From Syntrophorhabdaceae bacterium (lineage in GTDB: Bacteria; Desulfobacterota; Syntrophorhabdia; Syntrophorhabdales; Syntrophorhabdaceae), in assembly GCA_963666485.2 (NCBI GenBank), contig CAXXUO010000009.1:1-64000 (forward strand): a stretch of DNA of 64,000 bases, given 5' to 3'. The notes beneath the pieces are model-generated. The model had not been told where the DNA came from and made no database searches. It worked only from the letters and a program-made list of their open reading frames with translations. A program made the translations under genes and the position numbers. Positions 1-9,864 of this stretch are shown here, one piece after another (the first letter of the stretch is position 1; each line of letters starts with the position of its first letter).

Positions 1-702
1 ATGCTGCAGCTCGCGCCCGGTGGAACGGCAATGCTTACCGATGCTGACTATGCAAGCCCTGCGGTCCAGAACCAGGTCCGCAGCGGACAGGTCCGGGCCG
101 TCACGGCCGAGGACAGGTCGTCCGGAAACATCGTGGTCCGGAACGTGTCGGGCCGGGTCCTCCTCATACAGGTCCCCGGCAAGGGGACGCTCCAGCTCGC
201 GCCCAACGCGACCGCGACCCTCACCCAGGCCGACTATGCGAGCCCATCCGTCCAGAACTACATACGCGGCGGGCAGGTCCGGGCCGCCATGGCACAGGAC
301 ACATCGTCCTCAATGGTCATGATCAGGAACATGTCCGGCCAGGTCTTCTCCATTCCCATCCCCGGCAAGGGAACGCTCCAGCTCGCACCAAACGCGACCG
401 CATCAGTCACACAGAGTGAGCTGCAGACACCCACCCTCCAGAGCCTCATCCGCAACGGGCAGGTCCGGGTCGTCACGGCACAGGACACATCGTCCTCAAT
501 GGTCATGATCAGGAACATGTCCGGCCAGCCCCTCTACATACCCATACCCGGCAAGGGAACGCTCCAGCTCGCACCGGGAGCGACAGCCTCCATCACGCGT
601 GACGATTTCTCTGCCCCCGCCGTTCAAAACCTCCTCCGCAACGGGCAGCTCGCAATCATGAAGCCCGCACCACCACCGCAAGGAGTGGGCGTTAGGCAAT
701 AG
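1..702 (+). CDS. Tandem-repeat protein (62-aa units), probably 5'-truncated by the window edge
   Basis: LQLAP motif recurs every 186 bp (CAGCTCGC at 7, 193, 379, 565); unit consensus IRNxSGxxxxIxxPGKGTLQLAPxATAxxTxxxxxxPxxQxxxRxGQV; stop TAG at 700-702. Confidence 0.8.
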   Translation: MLQLAPGGTAMLTDADYASPAVQNQVRSGQVRAVTAEDRSSGNIVVRNVSGRVLLIQVPGKGTLQLAPNATATLTQADYASPSVQNYIRGGQVRAAMAQDTSSSMVMIRNMSGQVFSIPIPGKGTLQLAPNATASVTQSELQTPTLQSLIRNGQVRVVTAQDTSSSMVMIRNMSGQPLYIPIPGKGTLQLAPGATASITRDDFSAPAVQNLLRNGQLAIMKPAPPPQGVGVRQ

Positions 703-711
703 AAAACAAAG

Positions 712-924
712 GCGGTTCCACGTTCCACGTTCCAGGTTCCACGACAACAAAACATACGAAAAGCTTCGGAGTCCGGTGTCAAGCACCGGGATGACGTCAG
801 GGTGAAGACGGTTCCAGGTTCCACGAAAAAAAGTACGACAAAGGCTTGGGTCCCGGTGCAGGGAATTGGGACGATGAGGCATAAAGTTTTTAGCGTGGAA
901 CGTGGAACCTGGAACGTGGAACCG
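712..924. repeat. Composite intergenic element: (GTTCCAC)n ... REP-like hairpin ... (GTGGAAC)n
   Basis: Heptamer arrays at 714-743, 808-825 and inverted at 894-924; hairpin CCGGTGTCAAGCACCGGGATGACG at 773-796. Confidence 0.85.
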
Positions 925-934
925 TTTTTTTTGC

Positions 935-1267
935 TCAATGCGCGGCTACCTTCGAGAACACGTTCATGATAACGACCCCGGAGACTATAAGGAATATTCC
1001 GACAATAGCGGGCATATCGAGGGATTGGCCGAGGAAAAGCCATGCGATCACCGCGATAAGCGCAGTGCCGACACCGGACCAAACGGCGTACGCTATGCCG
1101 ACGGGTATCGTCTTGAGTGTGAGCGACAGAAAGAAAAAAGCTGAGGCATAGCCTATGATGACAACAACGGAGGGAACGAGGCGTGAGAAACCCTGGCAGG
1201 CCCTCAGGGCCGACGTTGCTATAACTTCACTCACGATCGCTATACCGAGATACGCCCAGATCTTCAT
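935..1267 (-). CDS. emrE: SMR family small multidrug efflux protein (EmrE/QacE-like)
   Basis: 110 aa, four hydrophobic segments, membrane Glu in [23 protein letters not shown] motif. Confidence 0.9.
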   Translation of the reverse strand: MKIWAYLGIAIVSEVIATSALRACQGFSRLVPSVVVIIGYASAFFFLSLTLKTIPVGIAYAVWSGVGTALIAVIAWLFLGQSLDMPAIVGIFLIVSGVVIMNVFSKVAAH

Positions 1268-1347
1268 GCGCCACGCTCCCATTCTTTTTTGAACGAACTA
1301 TCACAGTCATTCATATTTTTCAATAATATACTGCGCGTCATCGATAA

Positions 1348-1563
1348 AGACGGTTCCACGTTCCACAGTTCCACGTTCCACGACAAAACAGTACGACAGA
1401 AGCTTGGGGGTCCAGATGCAGAGAAACGGTTCCACGTTCCACGTTCCACAGTTCCACGACAAAACAGTGCGACAGAAGCTTGGAGGTCCAGATGCAGAGA
1501 ATTAGTATGACGAGACCGATTTTTTTAGCGTGGAACGTGGAACTGTGGAACGTGGAACCGTCT
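1348..1563. repeat. Composite element with 35-bp perfect terminal inverted repeats built from GTTCCAC heptamers; internal 76-bp tandem duplication
   Basis: 1348-1382 is the exact reverse complement of 1529-1563; units starting at 1351 and 1427 are imperfect direct repeats. Confidence 0.9.
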
Positions 1564-1564
1564 G

Positions 1565-2249
1565 TTAGTTTATCTTCAACGCAAACCTGTGTCCCTGGTA
1601 ACTCAGTACCACGCCGTCGGGCGTGATGCGCTCGAGCTTCAGTTCAGGGACAACGAACTGGCCTTCTTTCAGGGCCTGATTATTGATGATCGCGAAACGG
1701 GAGGCGGCGTGATCGTCGTAGGAATGGACTGTCATTTTCAGGTCCGGGAGGTTTTTCCTGAGGTCTTCCGGAAGGTTGTGCATTGCGACTGCGCTGCCTT
1801 TCGGCGGTGCAGGCTGAGTTGACTTTGGCGGCGTGACGGACACCGCCTTGACCGGTTTTGCGGGTGATGGGCGTGCGGGCTCCCCGGCAAGGGACGCAAC
1901 GGCTTTCGGGTCCGGACGTTTTTCGGGTGCGGCCGCTTCGGGCTGAGTTGCATTCGTTCGCGCGGGAGGCTCGATCGGAACTGCGGGCGGCTGCGCTTCG
2001 GGGGCCCTGACGGGCGTGGACACGGGCACCGGTTTCGGCGCCGACGGTGTGTGCTGCCGGGGGGACGTACCAGAGCAGCGCCAGGGCGGTGACGCCATTG
2101 AGAAGTATCGCGCCCGCTGTTACATAAGGCCACAGGAGACGTTTTTTATCAACCTGCATGACCCCGCCCGAGAGGGTCAGAATGCTCGGCGACTCCTCCT
2201 GCTGGCGCTTCTGTTCAAGTTTCTTAATCGCCTCGAGTATGTATGACAC
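1565..2249 (-). pseudogene. exeB: General secretion pathway protein B (ExeB/GspB), frameshifted at a C6 run (or sequencing error)
   Basis: N-terminus (V/M)SYILEAIKKLEQKR plus TM segment in one frame; C-terminal LPDLKMTVHSY...RFAIINNQALKEG...LERITPDGVVLSYQG in another; frames join at the G6 run 2059-2064; AGGAG upstream of GTG 2249. Confidence 0.8.
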
Positions 2250-3252
2250 CCGTCGCTCCTTCCGGTCCCGGCGCGCTTCCCTTTTGCCCCGCGGGAACGC
2301 CCGTCGATGCCCGATCATTCCCCGGGCCGCTCAAAGGTCTTTGCTTGTAGTATAAGGCGCCTGCCGCGATCAACCCGTTCAGCAGGAAGATGGCCAGCAC
2401 CCACATACAGATCCTTCTTATCGATATACTTTTGCCTGTATCCTGGCCGGTAATTTCTTTCGCCGCATGGGCCAGGGTCCTTTTATCGATCCTCTCTTTT
2501 CCCTGTATATACGTCCCGAGAAGGGCCCTGTCACATATTATGTTGAGGAGCCTCGGGACACCCCCGCTCAAACGGCTCAGCATTTTTATGGCCGGCCGGG
2601 GAAACAATTCCCCCCGGGCAAGGCCCGCCACGGCAAGCCTGTGCCGAATATAGCCGGAGATCTCTTTTTTTGTCAGCGGGCCAAGGTGATACCGTGCCGT
2701 TATCCTCTGGGAGAGCTGGCGCAGCTCCGGTTTTGCGAGCATGTCCCTGAGCTCCGGCTGGCCGAGCATTATGATCTGGAGGAGTTTGCGCTGGCTTGTC
2801 TCGAGATTGGTGAGCAGCCGCACCTGCTCAAGGACCTCGACGCTCAAGTTTTGAGCCTCCTCGATGATGAGGATGGCCCTTCTGTCCTTTTCATGGACCG
2901 CGAGAAGGAAATCGTTGAGCCTATCCACCAGGTCCTTGACGCTCGTCGTCCCCTCGGGGTACGCAACCCCGAACTCATCGCAGACCGCCGCAAGGAGCTC
3001 CACGGCGGACATCTTCGGATTGAGGATAAAAGCGATCTCGCATTCTTCCGGGACCTTCTCCAGGAGGCAGCGGCATACCATGGTCTTCCCCGTTCCGACC
3101 TCACCGGTAAGGAGAACGAACCCGCCGTCCATCTTTATACCGTACATTAAATGGGCGAGCGCCTCGCGGTGCCCCTCGCTTATATAAAAATAGTGCGGGT
3201 CCGGGGAGATCGAAAAAGGGATTTCCTTCAGTCCGAAATATTCTCTGTACAA
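2224..3252 (-). CDS. exeA: ExeA/GspA family AAA ATPase with C-terminal TM helix; no obvious periplasmic peptidoglycan-binding domain
   Basis: MYREYFGLKEIPFSISPDP start, Walker A GEVGTGKT, LIIEEAQNL, GQPEL, GGVPRLLNIICDRALL. Confidence 0.9.
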   Translation of the reverse strand: MYREYFGLKEIPFSISPDPHYFYISEGHREALAHLMYGIKMDGGFVLLTGEVGTGKTMVCRCLLEKVPEECEIAFILNPKMSAVELLAAVCDEFGVAYPEGTTSVKDLVDRLNDFLLAVHEKDRRAILIIEEAQNLSVEVLEQVRLLTNLETSQRKLLQIIMLGQPELRDMLAKPELRQLSQRITARYHLGPLTKKEISGYIRHRLAVAGLARGELFPRPAIKMLSRLSGGVPRLLNIICDRALLGTYIQGKERIDKRTLAHAAKEITGQDTGKSISIRRICMWVLAIFLLNGLIAAGALYYKQRPLSGPGNDRASTGVPAGQKGSAPGPEGATGVIHTRGD

Positions 3253-3407
3253 ACCGTCTCCGCCAATAGTTCAATGACGCTTCATGTTTCAGAAAGAAAC
3301 TAGTCGTCTTCTCTCATAGCCTACGCGAAACGGCGGAGGTTGTCTGTCACGCAATCAACAATTGTTCTGTCACGCGAATCGATGACAAAAAAGGAAGGCG
3401 AAAAGAT

Positions 3408-3706
3408 GGTTCCACGTTCCACGTTCCACGTTCCACGAAAAAGCGGAAAAGCGGAAAAGCGAAAAGGCGAAAAAGCGGTTCGAGGTTCAACGGTCTTCAT
3501 CATGAAGAGCAGGCAGTACGAGAAAGAGGCAAAACCTTGGATCCCGGTGTCAAGCACCGGGATGACGAAATGTGGCACGGGCACAACATGGTAGTCGTTT
3601 ATTCCGCCATCAACCCCTTGAACCTTGAGCCGCTTTTCCTTTAAACCCGCGACCCGGAACCGCTTTTTTCTTTTCCGTGGAACGTGGAACATGGAACGTG
3701 GAACCG
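3408..3706. repeat. Composite element: (GTTCCAC)4, (GAAAAGCG)n octamers, REP-like hairpin, inverted (GTGGAAC)4
   Basis: Arrays at 3408-3437 and 3676-3706; octamer run ~3437-3478; hairpin TGGATCCCGGTGTCAAGCACCGGGATGACG at 3538-3567. Confidence 0.85.
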
Positions 3707-3711
3707 TTTTT

Positions 3712-5961
3712 TTATTCCAGCCTCTTTTTGATCGCCTCTGCGATGGCCTGAAGCGTGTAGGGTTTCTGAATGAAATGTGCGTCGTCGAATGTCACGGTTA
3801 TGTCGGTTTCACTGTTCTCCTGCCAGTAGCCGGAGGCGAATAGGACCTTCACGCCGGGGTCTACCTGTTTCAGGTCTGCGTAGACCTGGCGGCCCGATCG
3901 TTTGGGCATGATGACATCGAGGAGCACCATGTCGATCTCGTGCCTGCGCTCACTGAAGATCTTCAGGGCCTCATCGCCGCCCTCGGCGACGATCGTCGTG
4001 TAGCCAAGCTCGTCAAGGATGGCGCTGGCCACTTCGCGCATAACGGCCTCGTCGTCCACGACCAGCACACAGCCGGTCCCCCGGGGGAGCTCTTCACGGA
4101 CGGCGGGCTTTTCCTCGATCCCGGCCTCGTTGAAGCAGGGAATGTAGCAGCTGAAGGTCGTGCCTGCGTTGACCGTCGAGGTGACGTCAATGAACCCGGA
4201 GTGCTGGCGGATAATGTTGTAGGCGACGGCAAGCCCGAGACCGGTGCCCCTGCCGGTACCCTTGGTCGTGAAGAACGGGTCGAAGATCTTCGGGAACATG
4301 CTCTCGGGTATGCCGACCCCGTTATCTTCAACGGAAAGACACCAGTAGGGACAGGAATTTGCCTCGGGGTGCTGCGAAAGAAAAAAATTGTCAGGCTCGA
4401 TCTTTTGCACGGAAACGCTTATGGTGCCGCCCCCCTCTACGGGGTTATCTTTCATTATTGTGAGGGCATGGTACGCATTGATGCACAGGTTGAGAACGAT
4501 CTGCTCTATCTGGACGTTATCACCGAGGACCAGCGCTTTCCCTTCGGCGTATTGTTCCCGCAGCGCAACGACCTTGTCAAAGGTATTGCCGGATATATGG
4601 ATCACATTCTTGACCACCAGGTTAAGGTCGACCGGGAGAAAAGACATCTCTTTCTTGCTCGACAGGGTCAAAAGCTGCTTGACCAGGTCCGCGGCGCGAT
4701 TGCTCGACCTGTCGATCGTCGTTACGATCTCGGACAGTTCCGGGACCGGGATGTCGATCCCTGACCTCATCTTATACTGTATCAGGGAAACGTTCCCGAT
4801 GATCCCTCCCAGGATGTTGTTGAAATCGTGGGCTATGCCGCTGGCCAGCGTCCCGATGGATTCCATTTTCTGTGCCTGCCGCAGCAGGTTCTCTTTCCGT
4901 TCGAGTTCGGTGACATCGTCCATCCTGATCACGACACCGATGATGCCGTCCGAAACAAGCGGGTACAGGGAGATATCTTTATAGCTTGTTCCCGCCTTTT
5001 CGAAACGGTATCCGTGCAAATGCACCGGTTTCCCGGTCATCATGATATCGGGCAGGTAATCTTTGAAATTGTCAAAAAAATCGGTCAATTGCCACAGATT
5101 TTTCCCGAGGATCCGGTCCGAAGGGATGCCGGTCGCCGTCTCGGCGGCCCGGTTCCACTGCGTAACACTGCCTTCCCGGTCGATCGAGACAAGTATCGAA
5201 GGCATCGACTCGATGATGTTGCTCAGGTATGCCCGGGTCCGGCGGAGTTCGTCCTCGTTGCGCTCGATCTCGCGAAGCATGCCGGCGATGCTGTCATAAA
5301 GTATCCCGATCTCGTCTTCCGATCTTTTTTCAACCTTTACGGAATAATCCTTGTTGCTGGTTATTTGCCGGGATATGTCGGCAAGCGTCAGGACGGGAGC
5401 GATAAGCATCTTCTTTACGACGATAAATATGACGATGATCATCGACAACCCGGTGAGTGTGAACACAAGGGCCAGGTTCGCCCTGCGCCGCGCGATCTCC
5501 TGGTTGACGTAACGCTCCGTGTAGAATATCTCGAAAGAACCGACGTTGAAGCCGCGATGGGAGATGGCATAGGAAAGCTTCTTTATGTCCGTCCGGTTCT
5601 GCGGCGTGATGAAACTCGTGCGCGACGCGTGCCCGGCCAGTTTCATCGTCTTCAGGTCCTTCTGCAGCCCTTCGAGAAATTTTCCCGAGTCGTCGTATAT
5701 GTTGACCGCGACAATGTTCTTGTTCGTCAGGATAGCCCGGTTGAGATAAGCTATCTCCGTCTCACCCATCTGCCATAGCGGGATCGCGTAGGCAAGGCTC
5801 GCGACTTCGCGCAGGTTGTTTATTGTTTCAATGAGCTCGGACCGGAGAGTATCGGTATTCTTTTTGTCGAAGTAGAGTATCGAAATGATGCTGATGACCG
5901 AAACGGTGGCCACCAGTATGATTATGAGCTTGGCGAGGATCTTTCTCTTGAAAATATCCAC
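3712..5961 (-). CDS. Membrane hybrid sensor histidine kinase (periplasmic sensor-HAMP-PAS-HisKA-HATPase-receiver)
   Basis: Two TM segments, [20 protein letters not shown]-box, NLCINA N-box, [27 protein letters not shown]...LLDVIMP receiver. Confidence 0.93.
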   Translation of the reverse strand: MDIFKRKILAKLIIILVATVSVISIISILYFDKKNTDTLRSELIETINNLREVASLAYAIPLWQMGETEIAYLNRAILTNKNIVAVNIYDDSGKFLEGLQKDLKTMKLAGHASRTSFITPQNRTDIKKLSYAISHRGFNVGSFEIFYTERYVNQEIARRRANLALVFTLTGLSMIIVIFIVVKKMLIAPVLTLADISRQITSNKDYSVKVEKRSEDEIGILYDSIAGMLREIERNEDELRRTRAYLSNIIESMPSILVSIDREGSVTQWNRAAETATGIPSDRILGKNLWQLTDFFDNFKDYLPDIMMTGKPVHLHGYRFEKAGTSYKDISLYPLVSDGIIGVVIRMDDVTELERKENLLRQAQKMESIGTLASGIAHDFNNILGGIIGNVSLIQYKMRSGIDIPVPELSEIVTTIDRSSNRAADLVKQLLTLSSKKEMSFLPVDLNLVVKNVIHISGNTFDKVVALREQYAEGKALVLGDNVQIEQIVLNLCINAYHALTIMKDNPVEGGGTISVSVQKIEPDNFFLSQHPEANSCPYWCLSVEDNGVGIPESMFPKIFDPFFTTKGTGRGTGLGLAVAYNIIRQHSGFIDVTSTVNAGTTFSCYIPCFNEAGIEEKPAVREELPRGTGCVLVVDDEAVMREVASAILDELGYTTIVAEGGDEALKIFSERRHEIDMVLLDVIMPKRSGRQVYADLKQVDPGVKVLFASGYWQENSETDITVTFDDAHFIQKPYTLQAIAEAIKKRLE

Positions 5962-6072
5962 AATCGCATTCCTTTTTCAGGAACCGGGATAGTTCGCCGC
6001 CGCGTAATGAACGATGGCGGGTATATTGTACATAGGGGCCCTGCTACTATTTTCGGCTTTTCACGGCAGAAA

Positions 6073-6873
6073 TTAATCCCCACCCGGCTTTTGGCTCTTG
6101 TGCACCATGTCCTGGTAAGAGATCCCGTATTTGCGCAGAATGGCCCTGTAATGTTCGGTCTTCTTGAACTCACTGAGCGCGGCGGAAAAATCGGCCGCAA
6201 GTTTTTCGAGATGCACCGCCCGGGAGAACCCCACGTAGAGCTTCTGGGCATGGACGGGAGGGATCAGGAATCGTATCGAACTTTCGGTGCCAAGCTCCTT
6301 GGCGATGCCCTTGATCACGGCCTGGTTCTCTATCCCGAGGTCACACCGGCCGCCAAGGACCATGTTTACCAATCTCTCGGAGTCGACCACCGCTTCCTTT
6401 TTCAAATACCGGGCATTGTCGAATTCTTTGCCGTAGCTGAAACCGGCGATCACCCCGATGTTGTAGCCCTTGAGGTCTTCCAGCGACCCCCTGTACCTGA
6501 TCTTGCTGTCTTTCCTGGTGAAAAAGAGCGTTCTCGATATGCTGATGTATTCTTCCGGAAAGATTATGTAGCGCCTTCTGTCGGGGGTATCCAGAACGGA
6601 GACTGCCGCATCGGCCGACCCTGTTTCGAGCATCTTGAGGCATCTCTTAAAGGGAAATTGCTCAAACTCGACCTTGACACCCATCCTGTTCATAACCGTC
6701 TTAAAGGTCTCTATCTCAAAACCGCGGGCGGTGGAGCCGTCCATGTATGTGTAGGGATACCATTGTGTGTAGACAACACGGATCTTTTCCGGGTAGCCCG
6801 CGGCACCCGCCCCGCCACCGGCGCAAAACATGAGCATGATGGTACAGGCCGCTGCGAGAAGCGCTTTTAGCAT
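6073..6873 (-). CDS. Periplasmic substrate-binding protein, family 3 (amino-acid type)
   Basis: Signal peptide; WYPYTY, PFKRCLKML..GSADA, SLEDLKGYNIGVIAGFSYG, ILRKYG. Confidence 0.85.
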   Translation of the reverse strand: MLKALLAAACTIMLMFCAGGGAGAAGYPEKIRVVYTQWYPYTYMDGSTARGFEIETFKTVMNRMGVKVEFEQFPFKRCLKMLETGSADAAVSVLDTPDRRRYIIFPEEYISISRTLFFTRKDSKIRYRGSLEDLKGYNIGVIAGFSYGKEFDNARYLKKEAVVDSERLVNMVLGGRCDLGIENQAVIKGIAKELGTESSIRFLIPPVHAQKLYVGFSRAVHLEKLAADFSAALSEFKKTEHYRAILRKYGISYQDMVHKSQKPGGD

Positions 6874-7059
6874 ACGGCCATACTATCCCAAACATGATAC
6901 ATTAGTCAACCTGAACAAGGCCCTGCGAGGACCGGGGCCGTCCGGCTTTTTCCGGGAAAGAAAGCCGTGCCCCGTACCGTGGGAATATTCGAATTGTGTT
7001 TCCTGCTCAATTATGCGAAAAAATAGAATCTTAAACACCCTGACAGGAGGGCCCGGCAT

Positions 7060-7875
7060 ATGATCGATCGGCGGCAGTTTCTCACGTGTTCCGGGCTGGC
7101 AGCGCTTATGTTGCTTGGCGGCAGCAGGGGAACCGGCCGGGGGGCGGCTGCGTTGGCCGGGGACAATTATTATCTCGCGCAGAAAGACAGGTTATTGAAA
7201 GATTTCAGGGAGACCGTCGAAGGGGCGGCGAGGGTCCTTTCAGCCCAACTCGGGCCCGGGAATACGAAAAAGATGGCAGAGGACGCCCTCGAGGCATACG
7301 AAGCGCTTATTCCCGGTATGCCCGCCGTGGGAGGGGACAGGAACCTCATCGCCTATCTCATTCCCGTTGCGGGCTGGTACGTGGCCCTGTACGGCGCGAT
7401 GCGGAAATACGGCAAAAGCGCGGAGGATACGGGGAAAGTCCTGTACGACCTCGACGAGGCGCAGTTGAAGGCAACACCCGATGCACAGAGAACAATGATG
7501 TCGGACAGGCTGTTCAGCCCCAAGTACAAGGACATGTTCCGCGAATGGGCCTTGTGGACCCAAAAGCATGAGTATCCTGCGAACTGGGTCGCACGGTTCA
7601 TCGAGGGACAGGGCGACGCTTTCGATTACGGGTGCGATTACACCGAATGCGCACTGGTAAAATACGTGACGGCGCAGAAGGTCCCGGAATTGGCCCCCTA
7701 TATCTGCCTTGCCGATTTCCCGTCAAGCAGGGCCTATGATTCCGGGTTGGTGCGGACAAAAACGATAGCTACGGGTGACGGGGTCTGCGATTTCCGGTAC
7801 AAAAAGGGGCGGCCCGCAGCACAGGACTGGTCGACTGAAATAGGCAAAATAAGAAGGGTAACGGGTAACGGGTAA
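7060..7875 (+). CDS. Tat-signal protein of the L-2-amino-thiazoline-4-carboxylic acid hydrolase-like family
   Basis: DRRQFL twin-arginine motif; DYTECAL...ELAPYICLADF...GLVRTKTIATGDGVCDFRY; GGAGG RBS. Confidence 0.75.
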   Translation: MIDRRQFLTCSGLAALMLLGGSRGTGRGAAALAGDNYYLAQKDRLLKDFRETVEGAARVLSAQLGPGNTKKMAEDALEAYEALIPGMPAVGGDRNLIAYLIPVAGWYVALYGAMRKYGKSAEDTGKVLYDLDEAQLKATPDAQRTMMSDRLFSPKYKDMFREWALWTQKHEYPANWVARFIEGQGDAFDYGCDYTECALVKYVTAQKVPELAPYICLADFPSSRAYDSGLVRTKTIATGDGVCDFRYKKGRPAAQDWSTEIGKIRRVTGNG

Positions 7876-7883
7876 TGGGTAAC
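7856..7883 (+). repeat. (GGGTAAC)4 heptamer array overlapping a stop codon
   Basis: GGGTAAC GGGTAAC GGGTAAT GGGTAAC. Confidence 0.85.
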
Positions 7884-7977
7884 GGATGGCCCGGGCAATA
7901 GGGCGGTCCGGGGAATGGAACAAAATACAGTTCGGGTACACTGTAAATAGTAAAATATGTATTGGGAGACAGGTACA

Positions 7978-9012
7978 ATGAAAGGGTTTTTTATAGGTTT
8001 GCTGACATTGGTGATGATCATTTCGTTATCGTCGGGTACGTGGGCGAAGGGGCCGCAGGATGACCTGATCGCGCAGTATTTCGCGGACCGCAGGCAGGAG
8101 GTCGAAAAGGCCGCCGACGACCCTGTAAAATTTCAGGAATTCGTCAATGCGCAGAAAGACGTGAATGCCCGTTATAAGAACGGGGAAACCCTGCTGCATT
8201 ACGCAGCGAACCGGGGATACCCGGACATAACCGCCCTCCTTATAAAAAGAGGGGCCGACATCAACGCCCGGGACAAGGACGGGAGGACCCCCCTGCATGA
8301 GGCCATGAGCTACCGCAGGTACGACGTTGCCCGGTATCTCGTCGAGAAAGGCGCCGACGTGAATATCCGGAACAAGGATGGGGACACGCCGCTTATCGCC
8401 ATTGTATACATGGATGACAAAAAGCTGGCGGCCGACCTCGTCAATTTCTTCATCTCGCATGGTTTTAGCGTGAAAGGGCCGGGCGGCGAAAGATTGCTCA
8501 AGGAATCGATCAGAAGGAGGCATGGCGAAGCGGCCCGCATCCTTCTCGAGAAAGGGGCGCCGTTCGATAATGCGGCCCTGTACGATGCGGCGATGGCGGG
8601 ATACGAAGATATTTTCAATACGCTCCTCGCGAAAGGGGCGGACCCTTCGCAAAAAGGCCTCCTCTATGCCGCCGCCTCTTCCGGGAATGTCACTATCATC
8701 AGGACCCTCATCGAAAAACGGGGAGGGGTCACCCCGGATGACGTAGAGATCGCTGTTTTCAAGGGAAACAGGGAAGCGGCAGTGCTTCTGAACCGGGAAT
8801 TGAAACGGACAAAGGGCGAGGAGGTCAACCTCAAGAGGGCATGCGACCTCGAACCGAAGGACGGCAACTGCAAGGCCTTCTTTCAAAGGGGGTATTACAA
8901 CAAGTTGGCAGGGAAATGTATGACCTTTGTCTACGGCGGGTGCGGCGGGACCGTCCCGTTCGAGTCTGTGGAAGCGTGCAGGAACATATGTGAGAAACAG
9001 AATGGAAAATAA
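7978..9012 (+). CDS. Exported ankyrin-repeat protein with C-terminal BPTI/Kunitz protease-inhibitor domain
   Basis: Signal peptide; GETLLHYAA, GRTPLHEA, GDTPLIA ankyrin units; C-terminal CDLEPKDGNCKAFFQRGYYN...CMTFVYGGCGG...FESVEACRNIC (6 Cys). Confidence 0.88.
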   Translation: MKGFFIGLLTLVMIISLSSGTWAKGPQDDLIAQYFADRRQEVEKAADDPVKFQEFVNAQKDVNARYKNGETLLHYAANRGYPDITALLIKRGADINARDKDGRTPLHEAMSYRRYDVARYLVEKGADVNIRNKDGDTPLIAIVYMDDKKLAADLVNFFISHGFSVKGPGGERLLKESIRRRHGEAARILLEKGAPFDNAALYDAAMAGYEDIFNTLLAKGADPSQKGLLYAAASSGNVTIIRTLIEKRGGVTPDDVEIAVFKGNREAAVLLNRELKRTKGEEVNLKRACDLEPKDGNCKAFFQRGYYNKLAGKCMTFVYGGCGGTVPFESVEACRNICEKQNGK

Positions 9013-9071
9013 TCTGCTTGTAAAGACATCGGACCCAGGGTTTTCAACGCTACATGATTATTCTGCAGTGT

Positions 9072-9200
9072 CCGTCATCCCGGCCTACGAGCCCGGACCC
9101 AAGGTTTTTCCTTTAGATTTTCTCGAGAACGTGAGACGTGGAAAACAATACATGAAAAACAGGACCTTGGGTCCCGGGTCAAGCCCGGGATGACGACGGT
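9072..9200. repeat. Inverted pair of CGTC-type REP-like hairpins
   Basis: CGTCATCCCGGCCTACGAGCCCGGACCCAAGG (~9073-9104) and CCTTGGGTCCCGGGTCAAGCCCGGGATGACG (~9165-9195). Confidence 0.8.
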
Positions 9201-9242
9201 TTGAAAGGTGAAACATGAAACTAATCTTTAAAAGGGGGAGAT

Positions 9243-9722
9243 GTGAAGATAGAACTTAAGAAGGGGCAGTACGAAACTTTGCTCAAACTGGCGTATCTCG
9301 GGAACTGGATGGCGAACGCGTACAACGAAGACGCGGAAAATAATGAATTTTCAGAGCTTGTATCGTACATCTGCGGACTGGCCGGGAACTTCGGGCTGGA
9401 AGAAATGGTGGAACGCGATGAAGAATCCGGGATAACATACCCGTCCGCCGACCTTTCGGAAAACGAGCAGTTGAACGAACTCATCGAGCGGTACGACGAC
9501 AATGTATTCCTCGACAAGCTGATCTTCAACCTCGCCGGCAAAGACATGCTCGAAAAGTACGGCGAGAAGAAGATAACCGCAATGACGGACGAACAGTTCT
9601 TCAAGGAAGAGGGCTCGTTCATGCAGAAATACCAGAAAGAATTCGCGAAGAACGGCATCGCGAACCTGACGGTCAACAAGGAAAAGCCGGCGGCAAAGAA
9701 ACCGGTAAGAAAGAAGGGTTAA
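9243..9722 (+). CDS. Hypothetical acidic protein with basic tail
   Basis: GGGGAG RBS, GTG start, 159-aa ORF with plausible composition. Confidence 0.75.
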   Translation: MKIELKKGQYETLLKLAYLGNWMANAYNEDAENNEFSELVSYICGLAGNFGLEEMVERDEESGITYPSADLSENEQLNELIERYDDNVFLDKLIFNLAGKDMLEKYGEKKITAMTDEQFFKEEGSFMQKYQKEFAKNGIANLTVNKEKPAAKKPVRKKG

Positions 9723-9727
9723 AAAAA

Positions 9728-9810
9728 GGTTCAAGGTTCAAGGTTCAAGGCAAAAACAAAAGACAAAGAGGCCAAGACCGGTTGTTACATTGAACTTTGA
9801 ACTTTGAACC
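9728..9810. repeat. Inverted heptamer arrays (GGTTCAA)3 ... (TTGAACY)3
   Basis: Arrays at 9728-9750 and 9790-9810. Confidence 0.85.
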
Positions 9811-9864
9811 AACGGATGGGGCGCGGCACGCGCTTCCTTTTTTTAACTGTTCTCAGGGGGTAGT

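Noticed and set aside
712..1563. Integron cassette (qacE-like gene between GTT-containing palindromes)
   Set aside because: No integrase; arms read GTT...AAC, opposite to attC (RYYYAAC...GTTRRRY), and do not fit GTTRRRY
3321..3692. Short ORFs across repeat regions (FHVPRST / WNVERGT / NLEP peptides; also 14226-14674, 22641-22883)
   Set aside because: Translations of heptamer arrays and REP hairpins, with no independent coding evidence
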